From: Perkinsus chesapeaki ATCC PRA-425
Lineage: Eukaryota; Protista; Perkinsozoa
NCBI GenBank assembly: GCA_013115145.1
Contig: JAAPAO010000063.1
Location: 1-64,000, forward strand
DNA: 64,000 bases
Direction: 5' to 3'
The notes beneath the pieces are model-generated. The model had not been told where the DNA came from. It did no database searches and was given only the letters and a program-made list of their open reading frames with translations. Shown piece by piece: positions 45,516-57,828 of the stretch. The translations under genes were made by a program, and so were the position numbers. Position 1 is the first letter of the stretch. The number at the start of each line of letters is the position of its first letter.

Positions 45516-46289
45516 CTATACATATAATAGTATATACAAGAGACATGCGATAAAATACATTATCCGTCCAATAGGCCCATAATTCATTCTATCTAATATC
45601 ACTATTGCTGCAGTTATTGATGAATATGATGATGATGAGGTTGAGGAGGAAGATGGGATATCTCCATGGTTAGATGATGATGATCCAGGTGTACTTGTAG
45701 TTGTACTTGCATATGGAGTACCTGTATAATCACATACTTGTGCATTAGTCCATCCTTCTGGTGATGTATATCCTAATCTAGCTTGAATTACACTAAGATA
45801 TGTACACTGACATAATACTTTATTATTATTATGGCATACTCTACCACCACCATTATTCCATGACATACAATATTCATCAAATAAATTATCACAATAATTA
45901 TCCCAACAACTTATCATATTTTCAGGTAACATATTAATACATGTTCGATTATCATGCATTTCTACATCAAGACAATAACCCTGTGGACAATATAGATTAA
46001 TAGGAGGAGTAGTAGTAGTAGAAGTAGTAGTAGTTGTAGCAGCGCCGGCAGCTGGTGATGTTGTTGTTGTTGTTGCATTACTTGTATTAGATACAATATT
46101 ATCAGTTGTTATTGTTATATCATTAATATTACTATTATTATTACTACCTTCAACAGCTTGTACATGATCATCATCATAATAATAACCATCTAATGAATAG
46201 TTATTGTTATGTAATGTTGTTGTTGTTGCTGCTGATACTGTTGATGTAGTTATCAAATATATAAATATAGATAACATTATAAAAGGCAT
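45516..46289 (-). CDS. Secreted or GPI-type surface protein with Thr/Ser-rich stalks and a 10-Cys domain, intronless
   Basis: Signal-like MPFIMLSIFIYLITTSTVSA, Thr runs, 10 Cys between LYCPQG and QVCDY, Ser-rich linker and a hydrophobic C-terminal tail. Confidence 0.7.
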   Translation of the reverse strand: MPFIMLSIFIYLITTSTVSAATTTTLHNNNYSLDGYYYDDDHVQAVEGSNNNSNINDITITTDNIVSNTSNATTTTTSPAAGAATTTTTSTTTTPPINLYCPQGYCLDVEMHDNRTCINMLPENMISCWDNYCDNLFDEYCMSWNNGGGRVCHNNNKVLCQCTYLSVIQARLGYTSPEGWTNAQVCDYTGTPYASTTTSTPGSSSSNHGDIPSSSSTSSSSYSSITAAIVILDRMNYGPIGRIMYFIACLLYILLYV

Positions 46290-46641
46290 CAGTCTTATAT
46301 TATCCCCAAAAGCAAAAGAATGATACTCTCTTCCTGATTCTTCATTCTTAGTCCTTCTTAGTCGTGTTATCATTTGTAGTAATATATCTATATTATTAAT
46401 CAAGTAACCAAGACCCCAACAACCCCCTTATAATACTAATACTACTACTAACTTAACACAATAGAACGCATCATTATTATAATACTAATGGTCTTAACGA
46501 AGGTGTTTATATTAATATGTATTATCAGATGAAGAGGCAATACTATTATTAATAATAGTAATAACTAGACAATGCTCTTCTTCTTCTTCTTCTTCTTTTT
46601 TTTTATTATTAATAGGCTTATGATAATGCTTCTTCTTATTA

Positions 46642-48114
46642 TTAAAGTGTCCTCCTTAATATATCCTTTTGTTGTGGAGACAGTGTTTTAGGGAAAGATA
46701 TATCAAAAGTAACAACTAAGTCACCACGTTGACCTGGATGCTTAGAGACAGGCATACCAGCTCCTCGTATAACTCTGGTGAATCCAGGAGTTACTACTTG
46801 ATCAATACGAACCCTAACAATGATTATTATTATTATTATACTTATTTATATTAATATATATCTTCTACTTCTATATCTGTTATATTACCTAATAGCTTTA
46901 TCACCTTCTATTGATGGTACATTAAGTTCGAAGCCGCATAACGCCTCCTTTAAGGTTATAGTGGCGTTAAATAACAAATTAGATCTGAAATAATAATAAT
47001 AATATTCTTGTTACTTGTTTATATGTACTACCCATCTCGGGTGAATAATGGATGCTTCTTTTCACGAATGATAAATACAATATCTTGACATCTACCAGAG
47101 TTACCAATTTCATCGCCTTCACCGGCAAATGTTATACGAGTACCTTAACGGTAATATATAATTATTATTAATATTGTTATTATTATAATCCTCCTCCTTC
47201 TCCTCTTACCAGGCTTCCATCCAGGCTTTATTGGGACCTCTAGTGTTTTCTCAGCAGGTCTCTGTATAGTCCTACTTACACGACGAACCTTCATCTTCTT
47301 AACTGTACCATGGAATAGGTCTTCAAGGGAACAGTTAAGATCGAATTCAACAGCACCTATTATTATTATCGATAATATAATCGATTATATAATTATCATT
47401 TATTACGTTGTTTCCCCATTGTACTAGAAGCATCGTGGCCACCATGACCAAAACCAGCAGCACTAGCAGCCGACCTACGGCCACCACCACCACCGAGACC
47501 TATAAAGAGATAAAGATATTATATTAATTGATATTATTAATATATCATTATTACCAGCAAAGAGTTGTGCGAAGCTATCATCACCAAATGGTGTCTCACC
47601 AAAACTATTTGTCCGATGTACTGTATCCTTGAAGAATTGGGCAAACATATCATTAGGATCTCGTGAGAAGGTATAATGGAAACCATGTGGTGCACCTTGG
47701 AAGCTAAAGACAATAAGACAATGAAGAAGATGAATAATAATATTGGTAGTAATGATAATAATACTACTTACTTTCCAGTAGTATAATAACCTTGAGCATC
47801 AGGACCAGATGGGCCAGGTCCACCAGGTGCTCCACCTTTAAGACCTTCTTCACCATATTGATCATATACTGCCTTCTTTTGTGGATCACTCAATACATCA
47901 TAAGCTTCAGCAACCTCTTTAAACTTCTCAGCAGCAGCATCTCTATTATTAGGATTCTTATCAGGATGCCATTTTAAAGCCATTCTTCGATATCTAAATA
48001 ATAAATAAATTACGAGACGTACAAGTTAACTTCTTTTTCTCCTTACGCTTTCTTAATTTCATCTTGTCCAGCATCCTTATTAACTCCTAATATACCATAA
48101 TAATCTTTTCCCAT
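46642..48114 (-). CDS. Type II Hsp40/DnaJ chaperone (DNAJB/Sis1-like), multi-exon
   Basis: [35 protein letters not shown] region, [36 protein letters not shown]. Confidence 0.93.
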
Positions 48115-48618
48115 ATAGGTGTTTTATTAATAATAATAAATAATAATAATTTAAACAATAACTAATAATAATAACAACAACAACCAATACTAATAACAAT
48201 AATCCTCAATCTTAACGAATGAAACATCAGTCAATGGTGATGATGATGATAAACAATAGTATTATCGATGTCCTCCTCCTCCTCCACCACCTCTACGTCT
48301 ACTACTATTATTGTTATCCTGAAACACGAAATGAAGGTAAACCCTTTTGGACCCCTTAAACCCATTTAAGCTACTACTATATTCAATTATACTTATACAC
48401 TATAAATATATTCATTAATAATAATATACACCATATTCTTATACTACATAAACGTACTACTTAACCATATTAAATAACCGATAATTACTATTCATTAGCC
48501 TTATTGTTGTATCAACAACATTATAAGCTACATTCAACAACAACACAGCGGCAGCAGCAGCCCTTTCACGTGACTATTAGCGTGTGCGCACGCGTGCAGA
48601 ATTATTGTGTGCTTGTCC

Positions 48619-49636
48619 CTATTTAATATTTCGGACCTTCTTGTTATTGTTGTTCTTTGGCATTGTTGTTGTTGTCTCTGTTGTTGTTGTTGCACTACCA
48701 GTCATTGCTCTCATTAATCCTCCAGTAATACCATCATCATTGGCAGCAACTAACAGTGTATTATTAATTGTTGCTATTACTATTATTATTGTTAAGTTGT
48801 ATGTTACCTTCTTTCATTTCATTCATAGTTTCTTCATCCATCATACTTTGTTGTAATCTTGGTAAACATAACATAAGCCCACACATAACAAGTGCCATGA
48901 TAGCCATTGGTGATTTTAATACATGAACCAGGTTAAAACTCTAACAACAACATCATCATCATCATAAACGTAGTAGTAATTATTATTATAGTTATCACCT
49001 ACCTCTCTTTGAGTAAAGTATTGTATCTCATTTATTGCTGATATAACCAATGGTAATCCTGATGTAACCATTTTACCATGTGAATGTAAAGGGTCAAAGT
49101 GATGAACAATCACTTTATTATCCGGTAATACATCAATAGTAAACTAATATAAAATAATACCGCAATCAGGCATCGAACTTGTGCCCTCTGTTGCTGATGC
49201 TCGAGCTGTTTACCTCTTCAAAATCTATATCTTTATTAACTACTTGTAATACATATGTCCCCAAGTCAACATCAGCACTGTCCATAATAAAATCTTTCCG
49301 CACTAGCAAGAATATTCTACTCACATTCTAAAGATTCCTCTTTGGTCAACATTTGCACCATACTCTCGTCCATCTTCAAGTATAACCCTTGAATTAGCAA
49401 ATATACTTGACAAACCTCCACTGCTACTACTGCTACCACCATCATCATGCTCAACATATATCTTATGCTCTACTTTACCTAGAATATTATTATTAAACAT
49501 ACTATTATCATCAGCATTAATAATAATGAGCACTACCGTTATTACTTGGTATTTGTAATACACCAGTAATATCAACAGCTTCAATAGGAAGGATACTACT
49601 CAATATTGAAGCTAGTACCATAAAGTAGTTAACCAT
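48619..49636 (-). CDS. EMC7: ER membrane protein complex subunit 7-like, multi-exon
   Basis: Signal-like MVNYFMVLASILSSILPIEA, SRVILEDGREYGANVDQRGIFR, IQYFTQRE|SFNLVHVLKSPMAIMALVMCGLMLCLP, MMDEETMNEM. Confidence 0.7.
49144..49213 (-). other. 70-nt intron of the EMC7-like gene with a degenerate T-loop motif (gene-sense)
   Basis: GGGCACAAGTTCGATGCCTG, two mismatches to the consensus. Shares GGCACARGTTCGAT with the segment at 24304-24345. Confidence 0.45.
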
Positions 49637-49849
49637 AGTGAGAAGAAGAACAACAACAACAACAACAAGCACTAGTAATAGTTATACTATTTATAAAAAT
49701 ATTGTATTACTAAACACAATATTAATAATATATTCTGATAACATGCTACTACCACGAGTTAGCAAATGTACATCATCATGTGATGTAAAAGTGTATATAA
49801 CAACAGTAATGTCCAAATCGATCAAATGATCGATTATGTTTACAAATAT

Positions 49850-52131
49850 TACGAGTATTTATGTACTTTTACCTGCTGCTGCTGCTCATGCTCTTTATTA
49901 TCTACACATTATACTCTGTATTAAATGATATCTAATAATTAAATATAATAATAATAACAACAAGATATACTACCCAATAGCTGATGGTATTATTATATGA
50001 AGTAAAATAGTATTTTTAATACTTGACCAACTTTGACCAAATAAAGCATTACCCATTTGCCATAGTGCATCTTGTCGACATTCTCCAATCTAATTATATA
50101 AGACATTGCAAGTAGTAGTAGTAGTAGTAATAATGATATATTACAATAAAGAGATGTATCAACGATCCTATAATAGAAATGATAAGACATACTATTGTAT
50201 TATGTATTATGATAGACTCCTGATTAGATTGATTAGATTCTCGTAAAGTAAGATCAGATATTATAAGGTAAATACCTAATAGGCTCCTCATTATATAGTA
50301 TAATAATATGTATTATTTATAGTATTATACCTGATATTGATATTGATACTGCATACATTAATATATTATCAAATATAAGCATAGGTAATGAAGCTCTAGA
50401 TGATAATATCTAATATATAAATATATAGTATAATAATTATATTATTAATACCGTATCATTATTATCATGTAATGACCAATTATCAATATCATCATCAATA
50501 AAATACCCATCCCCAGCAGCTACTCTATCAACAATTGTTATTATATCTATACAAGTACCTGATAATAATAGATATAGACTATGTATAAGAATGAAGATAA
50601 GTAAACTATTAATACTACTACTACTACTACCTTTAAAACCTGTAGTGTATGATGATAAAAAGAATAATTCCCTCAATAATAATATCTGTATGGCTATTTC
50701 ACATGTTATGTTTGTATTAATATCCAATATTAATAATCCTATTATATTACTCGGTATCATTATTGAATACTAATACAAGAATTACTATATTATACTACTA
50801 ATAATAATATAGTATAGTTATTACTACCATAATGAATATAATAAAATATCTAACCAGTAAAGGATGTAAAGATACCGCTTTACACACTCTATATGTTAGA
50901 TGTATAAATAATGATTGTATCTAATAATAATATTAACAACAAGATTATATAATAGTATGATCGATATTGTTGTTGTTTGTATTATTACAAGTAATGGTAA
51001 AGACATTCTTATTATTAAACCATATCCCATAGTAATATTACCATTAATTATACTACTTATTATATATTTATTAAATATTATTATAAATGATGTACTCAAA
51101 ATAATAATACTTAATAAACATTTCCTAAGATGTTTTATTATCTTGCATAAACATAAGGCCATCATTATTAATATCTATTAACATCAATAATATTTAATAA
51201 TATATATTATTACCATTCCTATAATGTATTCTATAATATTATCTATCCATCCTATATTCCATATCACTTTATTATAATTATCAATACCAACAAGTATCAT
51301 AATAATACTATTTAATATCATCATTTGTCTTTTAACATATCTATTGTAATTGTTGAGTACTATTCTCCTTATGGTTATGGTATTAGAAGGATCATTAAAA
51401 ATAATATTATTTATTGGATATATTATTAAAGCTATAATACTACCAGCCCATAAAGCATACCTATTAATACATTATAAAATATATTAATACTTAATATTAC
51501 TACTACCCAATATAATCCGCTATACAAAGTCTAATAACATTACCAAATGACGATGATGATAATGCGATATTTATATTATCTTTTATTATATTTAATTTTA
51601 ATATTTTAAGTATACCTATTAATATTATTAATATTATATTATTACCATTTATTACTTATTAATATTATTGTTATAATAATACTTAATATAACTATTAATG
51701 AAGAGTCTAATATAATACGTATACGTAATAATCTAACACTTCTTCGTATTCTTCTTCTTCCTACTTCTTCTTTTTTCTGTTCTTGTCTAATAAACACACT
51801 CCCCTTTTATATATCCACTCCTATTATATTACATGTTCTCTATTTCTCCCTTTATGAATACTTCACCATTACTATAAACATTGTTATCTTCTTCTTTGTC
51901 TGTCGTATATTGTAATATAATATTGTTTATTATTAAATGATTATTATTGTAGATTGGTGCTGTTCTTGGTACTGGTGATAATATAATGTATTCTTCAATA
52001 TTATCCCTTCTTTCAACTTCAGAAGGTGACAATGTTGACGCGACTGTTGACAATGACGATGATACAGATGATGGAGTAGGGCTGTGAATGGATGTGGCGG
52101 AGTAAGCCTCCAAAAAATAACTTAATAACAA
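49850..52131 (-). CDS. Very AT-rich hypothetical multi-pass membrane protein, multi-exon (may be two genes)
   Basis: Exon-like frames such as ALWAGSIIALIIYP, VAAGDGYFIDDD, RASLPMLIFDNILMY and RLENVDKMHYGKW. No family recognised. Confidence 0.35.
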
Positions 52132-52302
52132 TTAACCTATTATCTATCTTGCATGCATCAAGATTAGATACCGGTCAACAACACAACTCCACGATACTTC
52201 AATAACTAATAAATGGTAACAAAGCCTTCTATTAGCAATGATGAATCCTTAAATATCTTAGGTTAAATTATGCAAGATATAAAATGAGTCAAGTCAAGCA
52301 CC

Positions 52303-53764
52303 TTACATTATAGTACAACCACAACACTTGGTTATCCTTTTACGTCTATTAACAGTATGCATACTTCCCATCCTTCTCAATGGCCCTGATGATATATTAT
52401 CATCATCTAAGCTGCTGTCTTCATCTATTATATCATCATTTATAGACCCTATTGTTGATGGAATGTGTCCGCTATCACTTTCTTTACAATCTCCTTCCAA
52501 TACTTCCCCTTTTAACAGTACATCCCCTTCCCCTTTTAACAGTACATCCCCTTCCCCTTTTAACAGTACATCCCCTTCCCCTTTTAACAGTACATCCCCN
52601 NNNNNNNNNNNNNNNNNNNNNNNNNNNNNNNNNNNNNNNNNNNNNNNNNNNNNNNNNNNNNNNNNNNNNNNNNNNNNNNNNNNNNNNNNNNNNNNNCAGT
52701 TCTCCTTTTAACAGTACATCCCCTTCCCCTTTTAACAGTACATCCCCTTCTCCTTTTAATACTACTTCTGCCCTTTGTTCATATTGTGTATGTATTCTAG
52801 ATGTATCTGCTTGTGACCAATCATCAACTTGTATTAATTTTTCTAATATTTTTGTAATATCATTAAACTTGGGTCGTTTATTGATATCCTTATCAATACA
52901 CAACATCCCAACATTTACTAGTTCCCCTACTATATAATTAGGCCATCCTGCTTTATTATCAATCAATGACCATATATCAATGCATGTTGTTTTACCCATT
53001 ATAAAATTATATTTTATATTATTGTTATTATCATAATAAGCTGGTGATAATGATGTTAAAGTTTCTAATATAACCATACCAAATGAGTATACTTCTGATA
53101 ATTGATTATATATATTATTATTAATATAATATGGGCATATATAACCAGGTGTACCACTTATATTATTACTTATAATATTATTTGGTATGAAAGCATTGCC
53201 CAATAATGATAAACCAAAATCAGCTAATTTACCTTCATTATTATATTGTAATAATATATTTTGGCTTTTAATATCCCTATGATAGGCCTCTGGTATCCTA
53301 TTATGTAAATAACCTAATGCTTTTGATATTGATAATAATACTTTAATACGATCACGATAATTAAATAATGTATGTTTATTAATATGTAATTTATCATATA
53401 ATGTACCATTGCCTATATATTCATATATTAATATTCTTATATTATTATATCTAGCAAAACCAATTAATATAACTAGATTAGGATGCCTATATTTAGATAA
53501 TATATTAATTTCTTGTATAAATCCATATTGTGGATTATTTAATAATTTAACAGCTATATTAGTACCATCCGGCAATATACCTTTATAAACAGTACCATAA
53601 CTTCCTATACCAATTATATTATTAAAACCATTAGTTGCCTTATATATTATATTATACGGGAATTCAAGTGATACATCATTAATTAATGTAGCATCGTGAC
53701 GATCATCAATCAGGGAGAAAGGATTATTATTCATGCTACTAATCAAGTAATCACCAATGCCCAT
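52303..53764 (-). CDS. IRAK/Pelle (RLK)-like TKL protein kinase, intronless, with an 8-aa repeat and C-terminal CCGCTIM
   Basis: GIGSYGTVYKG, IAVKLL, FIQEINILSKYRHPNLV, YEYIGNGTL, HRDIKSQNILL, ADFGLS, GTPGY, VYSFGMVILE. The frame is broken only by the N gap and continues in ORF 52303-52500. Confidence 0.88.
52504..52759. repeat. 24-bp coding tandem repeat (TTTTAACAGTACATCCCCTTCCCC; peptide VLLKGEGD) spanning an assembly gap
   Basis: Units are visible on both sides of the N run at 52600-52696 (97 N). True copy number unknown. Confidence 0.92.
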
Positions 53765-53880
53765 AATTTGTCTAAAATGGATTTGATTTCGAAGGTTAAG
53801 CGCGCGCCCCAGGCCTGCTATCCTCTTCTAATCATTGTTTGGGGGCACATTATCTTATTGCTAGTTGTTGTTGTTGTTTA

Positions 53881-56800
53881 ATGTCATCTTGTAGTAGCAG
53901 TGGTGTTAGCAGTGGTGATATACCATCTGATGTTAAAAAGGATACATCAGAGAATGCATCCTCTTCTGATAGTGCATCTCTTGGGTCATTATTAAGATTA
54001 TTTAAATCCGAGGTAATAATGGGTATTATTATTAATATTTAAAGATATAATAGGTATTTGATGCTTATTATCATATGCACTATTTACATACAATGACATC
54101 ACAAGGTGTTAATGATTATCTAGTTAATGAATTGTAATAATAATATTATATATATCTATTATAATTATTATTAGATACAAAGTTAATGACAAATATATTG
54201 ATTTTTATTTACCGCAACTAGTATATTCATCATTGAAGAGGATCAATACAGTAATATTATATAATAATATATTAATATCGACTTGCAGTCATCACTGCAT
54301 ACATTCCTACTTGATAAAGCAGCCCAAAGGATGGGATTTGCTCTTAAACTTCATTGGCTGTAATAATAATAGATATATCGTAATTATATATGTATTTACT
54401 AATAGTTATCAAGCAGTAGTTGAAGATGGTCCTAAAGTTACTGGCACGGAAATGCATGAAGCTGCATTAAGATTATGTCAAGAAAGTGAAATGGCAATAG
54501 TTAATTGTGGTTTAGCTCAAAGTGTTGGTAATAACTTATATGGTGTGTATATAATAAATATATATATTATATAGCAACGGCTAGAAAGAAACAATCAAAT
54601 GCTGCATTAACAAGAGGTGATACTAGATTACAAAAACATCAATTAAAACATAAAGATAGTATTAATAAAAGGACATCAACATCACAGGTAATTTTTAGGT
54701 ATATTAGGATTTAATAAGGTAATATTAGGTCATGGCAAGGGCCGGTGGATTAGCTGGAAATTGTGGTTATAATAAAGATGATAATAAAGATAGAAATAAA
54801 GGAGATGATGATAGCGCTGAATCTATGGATGATAGTGCATCAATAAATATGTAATAATATATATATAATAGGAATATATTATATATATTAGTGGTGATAA
54901 TAATATAACAAGGAGTAACTCTAATCCAGAACTAGTTAATAGAATAAATAACACACAAGATGGTAATAATAACAATTATTAATATTGGATGATATAAATA
55001 GATGATAATGCTGATGTTATAGATGATAAAAAAACTGTTAAGGATGATAAAGATGTAATATAAGGATGGGAATTTAATAATATAGTATTATAGGTTGTAT
55101 CATTACAAGAATCATTAGAAGATTTAAGAAAGGCTTCCAGAAGTGCTAGAGCACAAGCAAGTCCATATCTTAATAGGATAAGTAATAATATATGTTATAA
55201 TAATATTAATAACTTGTATTATATGATGATAAGGTACAATGTCAATATATGGTGAATTGGGTGATCCAGAAACATCTATTGATCGTTATATAGCTGTAGC
55301 TGGTATTGATCTACCTAAAGCAACATCATCATCAACAGCAGCAGCAGCAATGCTTGAGAATAGTATCATGGATGATAAAGGAAATGAAAGTGATGAAGAT
55401 ATTAAACATTTAGATAATGAAATGGAAAAGTTCTTATTAAAACAATTAAGGTACTATTAACCTCAATAATAATAGGTAATCGAATGTTGTTGTTATTATT
55501 ATTAATATTGATAGGTGTGATTATTTTAATAATCAAAATACCTTTGTTGCAGCATTATGTAGATTATCCTGTTTATTAGTAAATCATTCAGAAAGAAAAG
55601 AATGCCTATCAGCAGCTATGTCACAATTAAATGAATGGTTATTTGAAAGTAATAATAATAATAATATACTAACTCATATCATCATCAATATTCATTCCAT
55701 TATTTATTATATAGGGAGAGCAGCAGTAGCAATGACTACTGGATCATTTCAATTAACTGGTTTATCATTACCACAAGGTATGCCTGCTTGTAATAATAGA
55801 AAGGATAGTGTACAAACTCATATTATATCTGTAATAATAATAACAAGCATTATTAATAAAGAGGTAGTAATAGGTTCATATCGATGATTGTAAAGTGTTT
55901 AAAACACGTACAAGGGCACCATATATGTTAACATTAGAAGTTGCTGATCTAGATGAAATATTTGATAAAGCATCACCAAAGCCCAGAACATCACGAGAAC
56001 GGTGTAATGAGGTTAGCAAGTAATAATAAAAGTATCTTAGCTTAAAGCTTGCATTATTGAATAGATATGTACTTGGTGAAATGGATACTAAAGTTGTTGT
56101 TGATGATGGGCATGGTGGTGTAGATACATTATTTAAAGAATCATTATATCCATATAGAGATGAATTACGTTATGCTGTGGCTCATACACCAACAATTGAA
56201 TGGTGTAATCATTTCTATGGTAACATTATTAAAGATTGTATGAGAACATTTCAAGTTGGTACTATAGTAGATCCGTATGATAATAATAATACGGATACTA
56301 CTTCAGGTAGTAATAATAATAACTAATAATGTATATTAACTATAATAGGTATGGCTACCGCCGCTGCCGACTCTACGGTATCAATAACAGCATTAGAAGC
56401 ATCAGCTTTAGCAAGTAGTGATGATACGGAAGGTAATTAATGCTGGCAGCAGCAGCAACAGCATGGGTTCGATTCTTGGTAGAAGCATTTTATTTAGTAA
56501 ATAATAATGAGCAAGAAGAAGAAGCACAACAACAAGAACAGCAGCAGGTAACACCTCATCAAAAACGGAAGCAGAAGAGGCAAGAAGAAGCTGAGAAGGT
56601 TATAATAAATAATATTATTAACTATAATAGTTAATATTAGTAGTAGGTTAGGAGATCAATATGGGGTGAACCATTCAAAGATAAGAAAGCACGTATAAGA
56701 AAGAATAGTGTATATGGTAATCTAGAATCATGGAATGTTGTACAAGTATTAATAATAATATATTATGTTATAAGGATTATTATTATTAGGTTATGGTTAA

Positions 56801-57670
56801 AGGAGGTGATGATGTTAGACAAGAGGTATTAGCTGGTCAATTGGTTAGGTAATAATAATGACTATTATTAATATTGTTGATAAGTTATTGTTATTATTAG
56901 AGTATTACAATCAATATTTGATGAAGCTAGATTACCATTATGGTTAAAACCATATGAAACAGTTGTAATTGATGCTAATTCTGGGTTAATGGAAATGGTA
57001 ATAATACTTACGTTATATTTAATATTATATAACCTATTATTAGTTAACTGATACAATATCAATTGATGCATTAAAGAAGGAGTTTCCTGATAAATCATTA
57101 GATGATATATTTAAAATGGCATTTAGTGAATCAAGAGATACACTTGATAGAGCAAGGAATAACTTTATTGAAAGTTTAGCAGCATATTCATTATTTTCAT
57201 ATTTTCTAGCAGTACGTGATAGACATAATGGTAATCTATTATTAGATAGAGAAGGTCATCTTATACATATTGATTTTGGTTATATGTTATCAAATGCACC
57301 TGGTAACTTTGTATTTGAAACAGCACCATTCAAGCTCACTCAAGAATATATTGATGTCATTGGTGGTGAAGATAGTGATAAATTTGAATATTTCCGAACA
57401 TTGGTGATACGTGGATTCCTTGAAGCCCGTAAACACCGTGATAGGTTAATATTATTAGTTAGAATGTTAGCTGAATCTGGATGTAAAATGGATTGTTTAA
57501 CAGCTGGTGGTACACAGAATACAATTAAACAAATGGATGATAGGTTCTTTGGACATTTAACAGAGGAAGCATGTATAGAAAAGATAGTTATATTGATAGA
57601 TAATAGTGTTAATAATTGGAGGACAATACAATATGATAATTTTCAAAGGATAACCAATGGTATACTCTAG
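53881..57670 (+). CDS. PI4KB: Phosphatidylinositol 4-kinase type III beta, multi-exon
   Basis: LLRLFKSE|VFDAYYHMHYL, DFYLPQL, KGGDDVRQE, NFIESLAAYSL, DRHNGNLLLDREGHLIHIDFG, FETAPFKLT, and C-terminus YDNFQRITNGIL. Confidence 0.93.
56433..56482 (+). other. 50-nt intron of PI4K with a T-loop-like motif (gene-sense)
   Basis: GTAATT...GCATGGGTTCGATTCTTGGTAG. Phase-1 splice gives DTE|EAFYLV. Confidence 0.5.
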
Positions 57671-57828
57671 TGAAGATGATCCAATAACAAGTGTATCAAC
57701 AACAGCAACAACTGTAACAATAATAATAATAAGTATTTTATTCAGTCATTATTATTCTTACTATCGTTGTTATGGTTGTTGTTATAAATTCATATTATCA
57801 TTGTTCAGTATTATTATTAATAAACAAC

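Noticed and set aside
49638-51181. Many short Ile/Asn/Tyr-rich ORFs on both strands (also at 43984, 58720, 61955, 63396)
   Set aside because: Expected from AT-rich ATT/AAT intron sequence; not independent genes.
52504-52759. CRISPR-like array
   Set aside because: Head-to-tail repeats without spacers, inside a eukaryotic coding frame.
52328-52937. Plus-strand ORFs with SPFNSTSP and LLTVHPLP repeats
   Set aside because: Antisense translations of the kinase's 24-bp repeat.
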